The notes below the pieces were generated by a model, which saw only the letters and a list, made by a program, of their open reading frames with translations, was not told the origin of the DNA and ran no database searches. From an uncultured Candidatus Saccharibacteria bacterium (lineage in GTDB: Bacteria; Patescibacteriota; Saccharimonadia; Saccharimonadales; Saccharimonadaceae), in contig CAYMXW010000001.1 in NCBI GenBank assembly GCA_964394555.1, forward strand, positions 16,692 to 80,691: DNA of 64,000 nt. Reading direction: 5' to 3'. Below, piece by piece: positions 47,270 through 56,965 of this stretch. Numbering within the stretch: the stretch's first letter is position 1; each line of letters starts with the position of its first letter. The position numbers and the translations under genes were made by a program.

Positions 47270-49617
47270 TACTTCTTCCCTTTCGATGAGGTTTGCTTGG
47301 CTTTGGCGGCTTCGCGGGCGGATTTCTCGGCGACGGTGTAGCAACCATCGACATTGTGTTTGACGCGGACGGCCTCTTCAGCGCGTTTGCCATCATTCCA
47401 ACGTTCAAGTGAGCCGACGAGATAACCGGTGATACGGCGGAGGCGTTCAAATGGTACTTCGCCGTCGGTTTCGAGGCGACCACAAGACGGACAACGCTTG
47501 CCTTCGATGATGCCAGAAAAACCGCAGATAGGATCACGATCGACTGGATGATTAACCGAGCCGTAACCAATGTTGCAGTCGTGCATTTTACGAATTACTG
47601 CTTCAAAAGCTTCGATATTGTCGCTAGGATCACCGTCTAATTCAATATAGGTAATGTGACCGGCGTTACAAAGGTTATGGTAAGGAGCTTCAATTTCAAT
47701 CTTATCGAAGGCTGAGATTGGATAATACACTGGCACATGGAAGGAGTTAGTGTAAAAGTCGCGATCAGTGACTCCTTTGATGGTGCCAAATTCTTTACGA
47801 TCGATACGAGTGAAGCGACCAGCTAGACCTTCGGCTGGAGTGGCGAGTAGGCTAAAATTGAGTTTGTATTTTTTACTAAATTCATCGCATCTTTCGCGCA
47901 TGTGAGTAATAATATCTAATCCGAGCTCGCGCGAGTCAGCGTCTTCGCCGTGATGCTTGCCAGTCATGGCAACTAGGGTTTCGGCGAGACCGATAAAGCC
48001 AATACTCAGGGTGCCATGTTTGATAACATCACGAAGTTTGTCGTTTGGTTTCAACTTTTCGCTGCCAAACCAGTTGCCTTCGCCCATTAAGAATGGGAAA
48101 TTGCGTACATGTTGGTTAGCCTGAAATTCAAAGCGCTCTAGAAGTTCGTCTTTAACTAAATCCATTTTTTCGTCGAGCTCTTTATAAAAGCCTTGCCAAT
48201 CAGCTTCCTTGCGTTCTCCTAGGCAGATGCCGTGTTTGATGCCGATGCGAACGAGATTGATAGTGGTAAAGGAAAGGTTGCCACGACCAGTAACAATGCC
48301 GTCACTTTCGGGAAATACGGAACCAAAGACGCGAGTGCGACAGCCCATAGTGGCAATTTCGGTACGATAATCACCTGGCTTGTAATATTGAAGATTAAAT
48401 GGTGCATCGATGAAGGTGAAGTTAGGAAAGAGACGCTTGGCGGAAACTTCCATGCTGCGTTTGAAAAGATCGTAGTTGGGGTCTTCGGGGTTGTAATTAA
48501 TTCCCTCTTTGACTTTAAAGATGCTAATCGGAAAGATTGGAGTTTCGCTGTGACCGAGACCGTTCATGGTAGCTTCGAGTAAGTTCTTGCTAACTAGGCG
48601 ACCAGATGGGCTGGTATCGGTACCGAAGTTAATTGAGGTGAATGGAACTTGAGCGCCAGCACGTGAGTGCATGGTATTGAGATTATGGACAAAACCTTCC
48701 ATAGCTTGTAAAGTTTCGCGTTCGACATCTTCGTTAGAGGCTTCAATAACTTTTGCGGGAACTTTAGCTTTTTTTAATTTTTCATCGTCACCGAACTTGG
48801 TATCATCGGCGATTTCAGCTTTTACTGGTTTATCAGCAAATTCGTTATATCTTTTGAGGTTGCGTTTTAGAGCTTTGCGGTAAGATTTGTCAACACCAGG
48901 TGCCATGGCGTAGTCAAAATTTGGGATGGATTGGCCACCGTGCTGTTCGTTTTGATTAGCTTGAAGAATGATGGCGGCGAGTGCAGCGTAACTACCAATA
49001 GAATTTGGGGTGCGTAAATGCCCGTGACCAGTGTTAAAGCCACCGTCTTTAAATAGTATAAGTGGGTCAGTTTGGCAACAAGTTAGAGTACCAGTGGCGT
49101 AAAAGTCAAGATCATGGATATGGATGTCGCCATTCTCGTGAGCTTTGGCGTGTTTAGGGTCGAGCAACATAGATTTAGCGAAGACTTTGGAGCCTTCGGC
49201 GCCGTATTGGAGCATTTTACCCATAGCAGAGTTGCCGTCGACATTAGCATTGCCGCGCTTGACGTCAGAATCTTCGGAAGCATCGGCACAAGAAATAGTA
49301 TAATAAATTTTCATAAGATCTGATTTAGCGTCACGAATGCGACTGCGTTCTTGACGGTAAGAGATGTAAGCCTTAGCGGTTTTTTTGAATGAAGATTCAA
49401 GAAGAATTTGTTCGACTATATCTTGAATTTGCTCGATGCTAGGGGTGCGAGTTTTGATAGTTTCTTCGGCGCGTTTAATAACTTTGTCTGTTAGGGCTTT
49501 GGCGCGGTCGTGTTTAAATTCACCAGTAGCAAGACCGGCTTTGGCGATAGCGTCAGTGATTTTTTCGGAATTAAAGTCGACAATTTTGCCGTCTCGTTTG
49601 ATGATTTTTTTGAACAT
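47269..49617 (-). CDS. nrdD: Class III anaerobic ribonucleoside-triphosphate reductase with ATP cone
   Basis: IIKRDG ATP cone, HIHDLD, CCQ, MGCR, ATPAEG and RRITGYL glycyl-radical loop; AAGGAGG SD. Confidence 0.97.
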   Translation of the reverse strand: MFKKIIKRDGKIVDFNSEKITDAIAKAGLATGEFKHDRAKALTDKVIKRAEETIKTRTPSIEQIQDIVEQILLESSFKKTAKAYISYRQERSRIRDAKSDLMKIYYTISCADASEDSDVKRGNANVDGNSAMGKMLQYGAEGSKVFAKSMLLDPKHAKAHENGDIHIHDLDFYATGTLTCCQTDPLILFKDGGFNTGHGHLRTPNSIGSYAALAAIILQANQNEQHGGQSIPNFDYAMAPGVDKSYRKALKRNLKRYNEFADKPVKAEIADDTKFGDDEKLKKAKVPAKVIEASNEDVERETLQAMEGFVHNLNTMHSRAGAQVPFTSINFGTDTSPSGRLVSKNLLEATMNGLGHSETPIFPISIFKVKEGINYNPEDPNYDLFKRSMEVSAKRLFPNFTFIDAPFNLQYYKPGDYRTEIATMGCRTRVFGSVFPESDGIVTGRGNLSFTTINLVRIGIKHGICLGERKEADWQGFYKELDEKMDLVKDELLERFEFQANQHVRNFPFLMGEGNWFGSEKLKPNDKLRDVIKHGTLSIGFIGLAETLVAMTGKHHGEDADSRELGLDIITHMRERCDEFSKKYKLNFSLLATPAEGLAGRFTRIDRKEFGTIKGVTDRDFYTNSFHVPVYYPISAFDKIEIEAPYHNLCNAGHITYIELDGDPSDNIEAFEAVIRKMHDCNIGYGSVNHPVDRDPICGFSGIIEGKRCPSCGRLETDGEVPFERLRRITGYLVGSLERWNDGKRAEEAVRVKHNVDGCYTVAEKSAREAAKAKQTSSKGKK

Positions 49618-49676
49618 AAAAATGACCTCCTTCACATACGTTCGTTTAGTTATTATTTTTTAGTTTTTTGACCTTG

Positions 49677-49730
49677 ACACTATATTTAGCGTCTTAAAGG
49701 TATTATATGACACTATATATAGCGTGTCAA
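49677..49730 (-). promoter_or_regulatory. nrdD promoter with two NrdR boxes
   Basis: TTGACA-17 bp-TATAAT (49730-49702). ACACTATATTTAGCGT (49677-49692) and ACACTATATATAGCGT (49710-49725) match the NrdR-box consensus and are 33 bp apart. Confidence 0.85.
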
Positions 49731-49758
49731 TACAAAAATGGCTGTAAAATTTACAACA

Positions 49759-52017
49759 TTAAACAGATTCGAGGATGGTTTCGCCGGCGGATTTATCAAT
49801 AATTTGGAGATTGGCCATGAGACGTTGGTCTTCAAGAAAACGTTGGTACCATTTGCCTTCGGTTTGCCAATAGTGACTGTCGCTAGCGACGCAATAACTG
49901 CCATTAACCCAGCCCTCCAAGTCTTTGTCATTCGCAATTTGAATAAGCTGAGCGATGTCACCGACGGCAGTTTGAGAAGCGATCGAGTTAGAAGCGAACC
50001 AGTCAATTAGCGAATCACCGGCGGTTTCGTTGTGAAGATATTCGGCGGCGGCGCCGTTATACATACCCGGGTGGTCAATCATGGTGCCGCAGATTTTGAG
50101 TTGTCTTTCAAGATTACTACCAGATTTGATGGTGGGAGTGAGGGTGAATTTATCGGATTCAAATTGACCGCCGATGGCGATGATATGCTTAATGACATCT
50201 TCAATATCTTCGTTAAGTGTATCGGGGTCGGTGCCACCGTGTGGCAAACAGTCGCTGTTACCGGCGGCATTGTTGGCGCTGGCGAGCCAAGGGCAAACGC
50301 CGAGCTCACTATCAACACTAGTTTCGGCGATAGCAGAAGCAGAAGGCAAGATATTAGTAAGACTGGTAGATAAAAGTGAACTAGTTTGCGCGACGATACC
50401 GATGGCGGGATTGCTATAATTGGCAACTGCTAGTGGTACAAGATTATTGTAAAGCAGGCTGCCAAGAAAAGTGTATTGACTACTGGTGTCAAAGGGGCTA
50501 AGATGGGCGCGCTCATAGGCGGCTTGGTCGTCGATGGTGGTTTGTTTAACTTTGTTGTATTCGGCGAGTTTTTCAACACTCATGTATGAACTACCGCCGG
50601 CGCGAGCCCAAGCGTTAAGCTCGCTATTGGCGCCATTGACAATGCCAGCACCAACGGCAGGACCGGTAAGAGTATCTAGGGCGGCGTATTGCTGATCGAT
50701 AGTGTTGGTAGCATCGTCGATATATTGGTCAATCCATTCCTGGACGCCAATGGTAACAAGGGCGCCACCGATGATACCAGTACCGATTTTAACGAAAGAT
50801 GAGGTGCCGGCGGTAGCAACTGAGACTAGGATACCAGCGCCACTGGCGATAGTGGTGGCGGTGGTACAGGCGTGGAGGTCATCGACAGTGTTTTTGGCTT
50901 GGCTAGTAAGTTTTTCAATATTATAGTCAGAATTGGCGGCCACAGTATTTCCGTGAAGGCGCTGAACTTCTGGGGCGTCCATGGCAGTTTTACCATTTTC
51001 ATCTGGTGTGGTGAGAAGATTAGATACTTGATTGATAGGGCTATAATTACCGGCTTCGGCTTGGGCTTTTTGGATGGCTTCTAAAATTGGTAAGAGTGAA
51101 TATGAAGTGGCTCTTTGCGATTCCATGGTGTGGGCAGCAAGGGCGGTGGAAACGGCGAATTTGGCGCACTTATTACCAGCGTTAATACCGAGGCCAACTA
51201 ATGATAAATGTTTTTTGATTTGTTCTCTAGTACTTTTTTTAGAAATAGAACTATCTTCGGAGCGTTGTTCAGATTCGCCTTCGGCGATAGTCTGGCCGTG
51301 AAGCTCAGGGCTGCGTTTTTTGACGGTTTCTCTGACCTCTTCTAATCTGGCGTTTTCATCGACATTGTCTTTGGTATTATCCCAGTCGGTAAAAACGTCG
51401 CGACTGATACCGAGACGTTTTAAGACTTTGGCGGTGATGGCGTCATAGGCGGTACTATAATGGCCAGCTGTAGACTCGGTGGCGGTAGTAAATTTATCAA
51501 CAAATACCGCATCGTCAAAAGCTTCGTCGACGTTAGTGGTGCGAGTGTTATTATTGCCATCAGTGTAAGTAAAGGTTTGGTTTTTAGTATCGACTTTGAT
51601 GCCGGCGGTAGTAAAATCTTGTTTCATTTTATCGCTGAGTTGATTGGTCTTGACAGCATACTTAGTGACCAACTTAACGCGGGCGTGATTGGCGACCCAA
51701 GCGACATCGTATTCTTCAATTAGGCGCATCGCCAGTGAAGTTGGCATAATGGTTTGAGCGAGCAAAATTAGACTACCACCGCCTAGCAAGATAGTGATTA
51801 AAATGGCGGTAATAAGAGGAGCTTTACGGTGAGCTTTAGGTTGATTTTTAGCGTTTTGACGCTTGCCAGTGCCGGTATAGATAAAATTAACGCTTTCGGT
51901 GACTGGATTGTCGAAAGGTTGCTCAAGATTACGCAAATTTTGCGATTTTCGAGAATTTAAAACTTTGGACTCTTGTTTTTTGAGGCGAGAAGCGGCTTTA
52001 TCGATACGAGGGGACAT
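49759..52017 (-). CDS. Large membrane-anchored hypothetical protein
   Basis: Basic N-tail, TM (ITAILITILLGGGSLILL), internal Gly-rich hydrophobic hairpin, several Cys. Start moved to 52017 (TGGTATAAT upstream). Confidence 0.7.
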   Translation of the reverse strand: MSPRIDKAASRLKKQESKVLNSRKSQNLRNLEQPFDNPVTESVNFIYTGTGKRQNAKNQPKAHRKAPLITAILITILLGGGSLILLAQTIMPTSLAMRLIEEYDVAWVANHARVKLVTKYAVKTNQLSDKMKQDFTTAGIKVDTKNQTFTYTDGNNNTRTTNVDEAFDDAVFVDKFTTATESTAGHYSTAYDAITAKVLKRLGISRDVFTDWDNTKDNVDENARLEEVRETVKKRSPELHGQTIAEGESEQRSEDSSISKKSTREQIKKHLSLVGLGINAGNKCAKFAVSTALAAHTMESQRATSYSLLPILEAIQKAQAEAGNYSPINQVSNLLTTPDENGKTAMDAPEVQRLHGNTVAANSDYNIEKLTSQAKNTVDDLHACTTATTIASGAGILVSVATAGTSSFVKIGTGIIGGALVTIGVQEWIDQYIDDATNTIDQQYAALDTLTGPAVGAGIVNGANSELNAWARAGGSSYMSVEKLAEYNKVKQTTIDDQAAYERAHLSPFDTSSQYTFLGSLLYNNLVPLAVANYSNPAIGIVAQTSSLLSTSLTNILPSASAIAETSVDSELGVCPWLASANNAAGNSDCLPHGGTDPDTLNEDIEDVIKHIIAIGGQFESDKFTLTPTIKSGSNLERQLKICGTMIDHPGMYNGAAAEYLHNETAGDSLIDWFASNSIASQTAVGDIAQLIQIANDKDLEGWVNGSYCVASDSHYWQTEGKWYQRFLEDQRLMANLQIIDKSAGETILESV

Positions 52018-52042
52018 ATTATATATATTATACCACAAAATA

Positions 52043-54070
52043 CTACTTTTTACCAGAGTTTGGAATGCGCACAACACTAGTAGAACCAGTAGCAGTGAGG
52101 TCGGTATCGGAGAGAGTAGTGTCGATGTGTAAGTCATTAAAATTAATCTTGGCGGGGCGAATTTTGTCGCCAATAGTGACTACACTAGAAGCGCCGCGAG
52201 TGCCGGAGCTAGAATAAGGTATGAGTTTAAGCTCGCTGGTATACTCAATGTCTGAAATAGTTAAACTATTATCGTTGGTGAAGCCTAAAATAGTATCATT
52301 TAGAGTAACTAAAGTTTTTTCAGCATTTTCGGTGTCAAAATTGATTTTATAGGTAGTGCCGTCTAGGGGTTCGGCTGAAGCATTATTGATGGTAGCGGTA
52401 AGCTCTAGAGTTTCGGTGATTTCAACATTAGCCGACATAGTACTGGAGTAGCCTTGGCTATCGGTAACTTTAACTTGAACAAAACCTGATGTGGGGGCAG
52501 TATAAGTGCGCGTGACGACTGGTTCGGTGCTGTTGGTCTCAAATTCGCCGTCAAAATCTAAATCCCACTCGTAGTGATCAATAGGATTAGTGGCGGTACT
52601 AGAAGAAGCGTCAAAAGTGATAGTATCGCCAATTAGGCCGTAATAATTGTCGTTTGAGAGCATGGCGATGGGGCGCTGAAGGATATACTGAGTGGAAGTG
52701 CTGTAATTATCGGTAGAATTAAAGACCGCGCCACCGGTAGCAGTGGTGATTTCGGTATAAGCGTCGGTTTCAGGAGTAATCATATAAAGATTGACTGGGT
52801 CAATTTCGAGGCTACGAGCGATTACCATTTTTTTAGTGACGCCGTTATGATCAGGGTCGTGAAAACCGGCGTCTGAAATACCGATGATAGTTTTGTTGGC
52901 GCCACGATGCCAACTGACTTGCCCCATTGTATAGTAAGCACAAGAAAGGTAGGATTCGGGTGAGTCGCCACCGCCTTCGGCTTGAAGATTATAGAGTTCG
53001 CGTTCGAAATCAGCTAGTGTACAAGTATCGAGGTCGCAATGAACTACTGGTAAAAAGGGGTCATGGAGATCGCGGTATTCAACGAGGGCGATATGACCGC
53101 CTTTGTCGAGAGTTTCACGAGCAAGTTTGATGGCTTCTAGCCGATAGCTATCAATTACTCCGGCCATTGAACCAGTAGTATCGAACATGATGACGGTGTC
53201 TTGATTAGTTTTAATATTAGTGTTGGCGCCGCTAACGGTTTCGGCGGGAAAGGCGATGGCGATTTTGTTGGCGATAATATAACTAGCATGAATATAGAGA
53301 TTATTGGAAACATAGCTTAAATGATCATCAAGACTAGACTTAGTGCTACACATAATGTCGTTGTTATGGCACCAAGTGCCGATTCTAGTAAAATATTGGG
53401 GCGGCATATAGGGTTGGTGACTGCCTAAGATGCCTTCATAGTCATAACAATTAGGTGCGTAAGCTCGATAACTAGAAAGATTTTCGCCCTTACAGGCGTC
53501 TGGTATGCTACCGCGCTGGGGTTTGCCTTCGGGTAGGTAGATTTTAGGGTCGCCAAAAGTGGCGGCGTAGATAAGTTTATCAGCCGGGATGAGGGATTTT
53601 GAGATGGCTTTGCTAACAACTTGCGCACCTTGTGAGTAACCGCCGATGACAAATTTAGTGTATGGACAAGCTTTATTGGTTTTTTCAATGTAGTTTTGCA
53701 GTTCGGCGACGCCTTCGTCGACGCTGTCGCCGTAGGCGTAGGAGTCGCCACCACTGATGGCGGCGCCGATGAGATTAAAATAACCACTGATAGAACCGCT
53801 GACTGCGGTAGCGGTGTATTGATGGCCGTTTTGTTCGGCTGAGCCGAGTTCGTAAAACTCATATTGAAGTTTAGTGTTCTTAAACATATTGTCGAGTGAG
53901 GTGCGCCAAGCCGTGGCGTCACTAGCACCAAGATCGGCGCCCGAGCCACGAGCAAAAATAAATTTAACGTCATCACAACTAGATGCGTAAGTATTGTTAG
54001 GCATAAAATGAACAACTGGTGCTAAAGCGATGATGCTAGCTAAAATGATTTTGAAATAGTTTATCTTCAT
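52043..54070 (-). CDS. Secreted cutinase-like esterase + vWA + PKD/Ig-like domains
   Basis: Signal peptide; FARGS, CP.TKFVIGGYSQGA, FGDP, C...DIMC and HLSY; DTTGSM MIDAS; TITFDASSS...YEWDLD.DG; ends IPNSGKK. Confidence 0.85.
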   Translation of the reverse strand: MKINYFKIILASIIALAPVVHFMPNNTYASSCDDVKFIFARGSGADLGASDATAWRTSLDNMFKNTKLQYEFYELGSAEQNGHQYTATAVSGSISGYFNLIGAAISGGDSYAYGDSVDEGVAELQNYIEKTNKACPYTKFVIGGYSQGAQVVSKAISKSLIPADKLIYAATFGDPKIYLPEGKPQRGSIPDACKGENLSSYRAYAPNCYDYEGILGSHQPYMPPQYFTRIGTWCHNNDIMCSTKSSLDDHLSYVSNNLYIHASYIIANKIAIAFPAETVSGANTNIKTNQDTVIMFDTTGSMAGVIDSYRLEAIKLARETLDKGGHIALVEYRDLHDPFLPVVHCDLDTCTLADFERELYNLQAEGGGDSPESYLSCAYYTMGQVSWHRGANKTIIGISDAGFHDPDHNGVTKKMVIARSLEIDPVNLYMITPETDAYTEITTATGGAVFNSTDNYSTSTQYILQRPIAMLSNDNYYGLIGDTITFDASSSTATNPIDHYEWDLDFDGEFETNSTEPVVTRTYTAPTSGFVQVKVTDSQGYSSTMSANVEITETLELTATINNASAEPLDGTTYKINFDTENAEKTLVTLNDTILGFTNDNSLTISDIEYTSELKLIPYSSSGTRGASSVVTIGDKIRPAKINFNDLHIDTTLSDTDLTATGSTSVVRIPNSGKK

Positions 54071-54166
54071 TAAGATACTCCCGATTATTTTTTAATTTTC
54101 GGGAGTGTAGCAAAACGAACTGCAAAAATCAAGCTCTAGCTCGATAAATTGTCTAAAAATAATGTT

Positions 54167-55270
54167 TTAAGATTCTTGAAGTTCTTTGAGCTTAGGATAT
54201 TCTTCGATAAGAACCTTGATACAGCCGGCGATGGGGATAGCAATGATGGCGCCGAGTAGACCAAAGACATACATACCAATGGTAATAGCGATAAGGACGA
54301 TAACTGGTGGTAACTGCAGAGCGTTTCCTTGAATTTTGGGGGCGATAAAGTTGTTTTCGACTTGTTGGTATAGAATGTAGAAGATAGCAAAGACGACGCC
54401 GGCCAAGGGGTTACTAAAGAAGATAATTAACGAGACGAGGACACAGCTGATGATGGGGCCAAACATCGGAATAAGGTAGAAGATAATCATAATGAGGCCC
54501 ATTGGGATCGCGAGGTCGCTTGAAAAGCCAAAGATGAGTGACATAATAAAGACAGCGAGAGCGGTCACACAACCGTCTAGTACGGCTACCAAGAGTTGTT
54601 TAGAAACATAAGTGGCGATGACGTCTTTCATGCGGCTAACGACATGTCTGGCGGCTAAGACCTTTTTCTTTCTATTAGAGTCGCGACTTTCGGAGCCAAC
54701 GAGCTTCCAAAAACCGGCCATCAAGCTCTTCCCTTCTAGAAGGAAGAAAAGTGTTAAAACTAATGCAAGGATAGTAGCAGTGACGATAGACGCTACGGTA
54801 CCAATACTATTGACAATGGTGCCACCGACATTGCTAAAGACTGTAGTGGAAAAGTTTTGCAAAGCGTTGAAAATTTCGCCGTGCAAATCTTTGATGCCGA
54901 TGCTTTCGCCGAAACTGTTGATGCCCTCCCAGCCACCAATGGTGTTTTGGAAAGTGTCGGGAAGTTGGGAGATAAACTTGCTAGTTTCACTAACTACCAC
55001 TGGGCCGATGACTGAAATAATTAAGACAATTGCTACCATGACTACAGAAAAAGCGGCAATGGCCGAGAGTGCGGGGCGATCTTTGTCTTTGTCGATTTGA
55101 TCGATACGCTTAGCAAAGGGTTGAATAGCGATTGCGAGAAAGGCGGCGATGCCAACGATAATCAGGCCGGTAAAAGCCTTGGCGATGAACAACATAGCCA
55201 GAACAAAACCTAAAATTACTAACCAAAAACGGATAAAGGTTTTAGTGTCGACTTCAATCTTCTTGCTCAT
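54167..55270 (-). CDS. AI-2E (PerM) family transporter
   Basis: Multiple TMs, LIPMFGPIIS and YQQVENNFIAPKIQGNALQLPP. Confidence 0.9.
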   Translation of the reverse strand: MSKKIEVDTKTFIRFWLVILGFVLAMLFIAKAFTGLIIVGIAAFLAIAIQPFAKRIDQIDKDKDRPALSAIAAFSVVMVAIVLIISVIGPVVVSETSKFISQLPDTFQNTIGGWEGINSFGESIGIKDLHGEIFNALQNFSTTVFSNVGGTIVNSIGTVASIVTATILALVLTLFFLLEGKSLMAGFWKLVGSESRDSNRKKKVLAARHVVSRMKDVIATYVSKQLLVAVLDGCVTALAVFIMSLIFGFSSDLAIPMGLIMIIFYLIPMFGPIISCVLVSLIIFFSNPLAGVVFAIFYILYQQVENNFIAPKIQGNALQLPPVIVLIAITIGMYVFGLLGAIIAIPIAGCIKVLIEEYPKLKELQES

Positions 55271-55291
55271 GTGATTATTATACCATAAATC

Positions 55292-55324
55292 TTTTAGGAA
55301 TTTTTAAGAAAAGTGTTATAAAAT
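55292..55324 (+). promoter_or_regulatory. CiaR-like direct-repeat site plus -10 box of the response-regulator gene
   Basis: TTTTAG-N5-TTTAAG-N10-TAAAAT-N6-ATG. Confidence 0.7.
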
Positions 55325-55330
55325 AAGGTT

Positions 55331-55999
55331 ATGAGAATATTGTATGTAGAAGATGAAAAATTATTAGCCGATGCGGTAATCCACTTATTAAATAAAGCCG
55401 AGATTGCGGTTGATTGGGCGAGTGATGGTGAAACTGGATTAGAACTAGCGATGAAACCAAATTACGACTGTATAGTATTAGATATTATGCTACCAAAGTT
55501 GTCGGGGATAGAGATTTTAAAAACAATTCGTCAGCAACAAGTAGAAACGCCGGTGATTATGCTATCAGCACTGAGTGAAGTTGATGATAAGGTGCGCGGG
55601 CTTGAACAAGGAGCAGATGATTATTTAGCGAAGCCTTTTAAAACTACTGAGCTAATCGCGCGGATTAATGCTTTGTGCCGTCGACCACCACTTCAAACTA
55701 CCAAAACTTATAGTTTCGGCGATTTAACTTTTGACGTCGATAATCGAACCTTAAATGACCGAGCATTGACTAGTAAAGAAGCTGATTTAATGGAGATTTT
55801 AATTAAAAATCCTGATCAAGTACATAAAAAAGCGGCTTTATTAGCACACATTTGGGGTAATGAAGCAATAGCCGAAGATAATTATGTGGAAGTTTATATT
55901 AGCTATCTGCGTAAATGTTTAAGAGGGCTAAACTCAAAAGTGCAGATTAAAAGTTTACGCGGACTAGGATATAAATTAATTTTAAAAGACGATGTTTAG
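55331..55999 (+). CDS. OmpR-family response regulator (CiaR-like)
   Basis: ILYVEDE, LDIMLP, GADDYLAKPF and VEVYISYLRK...LRGLGY. Confidence 0.93.
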   Translation: MRILYVEDEKLLADAVIHLLNKAEIAVDWASDGETGLELAMKPNYDCIVLDIMLPKLSGIEILKTIRQQQVETPVIMLSALSEVDDKVRGLEQGADDYLAKPFKTTELIARINALCRRPPLQTTKTYSFGDLTFDVDNRTLNDRALTSKEADLMEILIKNPDQVHKKAALLAHIWGNEAIAEDNYVEVYISYLRKCLRGLNSKVQIKSLRGLGYKLILKDDV

Positions 56000-56927
56000 A
56001 AATTTACGTAATAATTTTGTTTTAACTAATGTGATTTTTTCGACAGCAATCTTGCTGGTTTCGTTTGGTAGTATCTATTATATTGCGGCGGTGACGGCAG
56101 GTAACCGACCGCCAGAGCTAGACAATTATACTAGTTATACTAATGACGTACATAATATTATTAATGAAAGGATTGATGCCGAAAGACAGGCGGCGCTCAA
56201 TACTTTGTTAATTACACTGATTGTGGTGGGTGGATTGATTGAGTTTCTAGTGGTGGCATTTTCGTATTATTTTGCCGAAAAAGCGATTGCGCCGGTTAAA
56301 AAAGCTTATAATCTACAGAAAACTTTTATTGCTAATGCGAGTCACGAAATTAAAACACCATTAGCTAGCATTCAGGCCAATTTGGAGGCGGCGGATATCA
56401 CAGGCAATCGTTTTATTGACAATATTGAATATGAGACCACTAAATTAGCACAGCTCAACCAAGAACTATTGGAACTTGCTAAAGCTGATAATATTAGTGA
56501 AAATGTCGAGGTGGTAGAAACTGATTTAAATAAATTAATTGAAGACAATATTAAACCTTTGATGCCGCGGATTGAAGAGCGCAAGATAAAATTGGATTAT
56601 AAAAATAATAAAGCGAAAAAAGTGAAGTTAAATCAAAAAGATCTAGCGCAGATTTTTAATATTTTGCTAGATAATGCGATTAAATATTGTGATCATCAGA
56701 TTAAGATCAAATTAACTGACAATACTTTGACGATTGCCAATGATGGGGTAAAAATTAAAAAAGCTGATGAAATGCAGATATTTGAACGATTTTATCAAAC
56801 CGATAAATCTAACGATGGCGTGGGGTTGGGGTTAGCAATTGCAAAATCGTTAGCAGAACGTAACCATTGGGAGCTTACTGCTTCGAGTGGTAAACTGACG
56901 ACATTTTTAGTTCGTTTTAAGGTTTAA
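55992..56927 (+). CDS. Sensor histidine kinase (two TMs, small extracellular loop)
   Basis: FIANASHEIKTPL H-box, ILLDNAIKY, IFERFYQ and GVGLGLAI. Confidence 0.93.
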   Translation: MFRNLRNNFVLTNVIFSTAILLVSFGSIYYIAAVTAGNRPPELDNYTSYTNDVHNIINERIDAERQAALNTLLITLIVVGGLIEFLVVAFSYYFAEKAIAPVKKAYNLQKTFIANASHEIKTPLASIQANLEAADITGNRFIDNIEYETTKLAQLNQELLELAKADNISENVEVVETDLNKLIEDNIKPLMPRIEERKIKLDYKNNKAKKVKLNQKDLAQIFNILLDNAIKYCDHQIKIKLTDNTLTIANDGVKIKKADEMQIFERFYQTDKSNDGVGLGLAIAKSLAERNHWELTASSGKLTTFLVRFKV

Positions 56928-56937
56928 TGAATATAAT
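56905..56937 (+). promoter_or_regulatory. Second CiaR-like site plus -10 box, embedded in the kinase 3' end, upstream of the ABC permease
   Basis: TTTTAG-N5-TTTAAG-N10-TATAAT, with the same spacing as the 55292 site. Confidence 0.72.
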
Positions 56938-56965
56938 AGAGTAGTTAATTAAATGAAGGGATACT

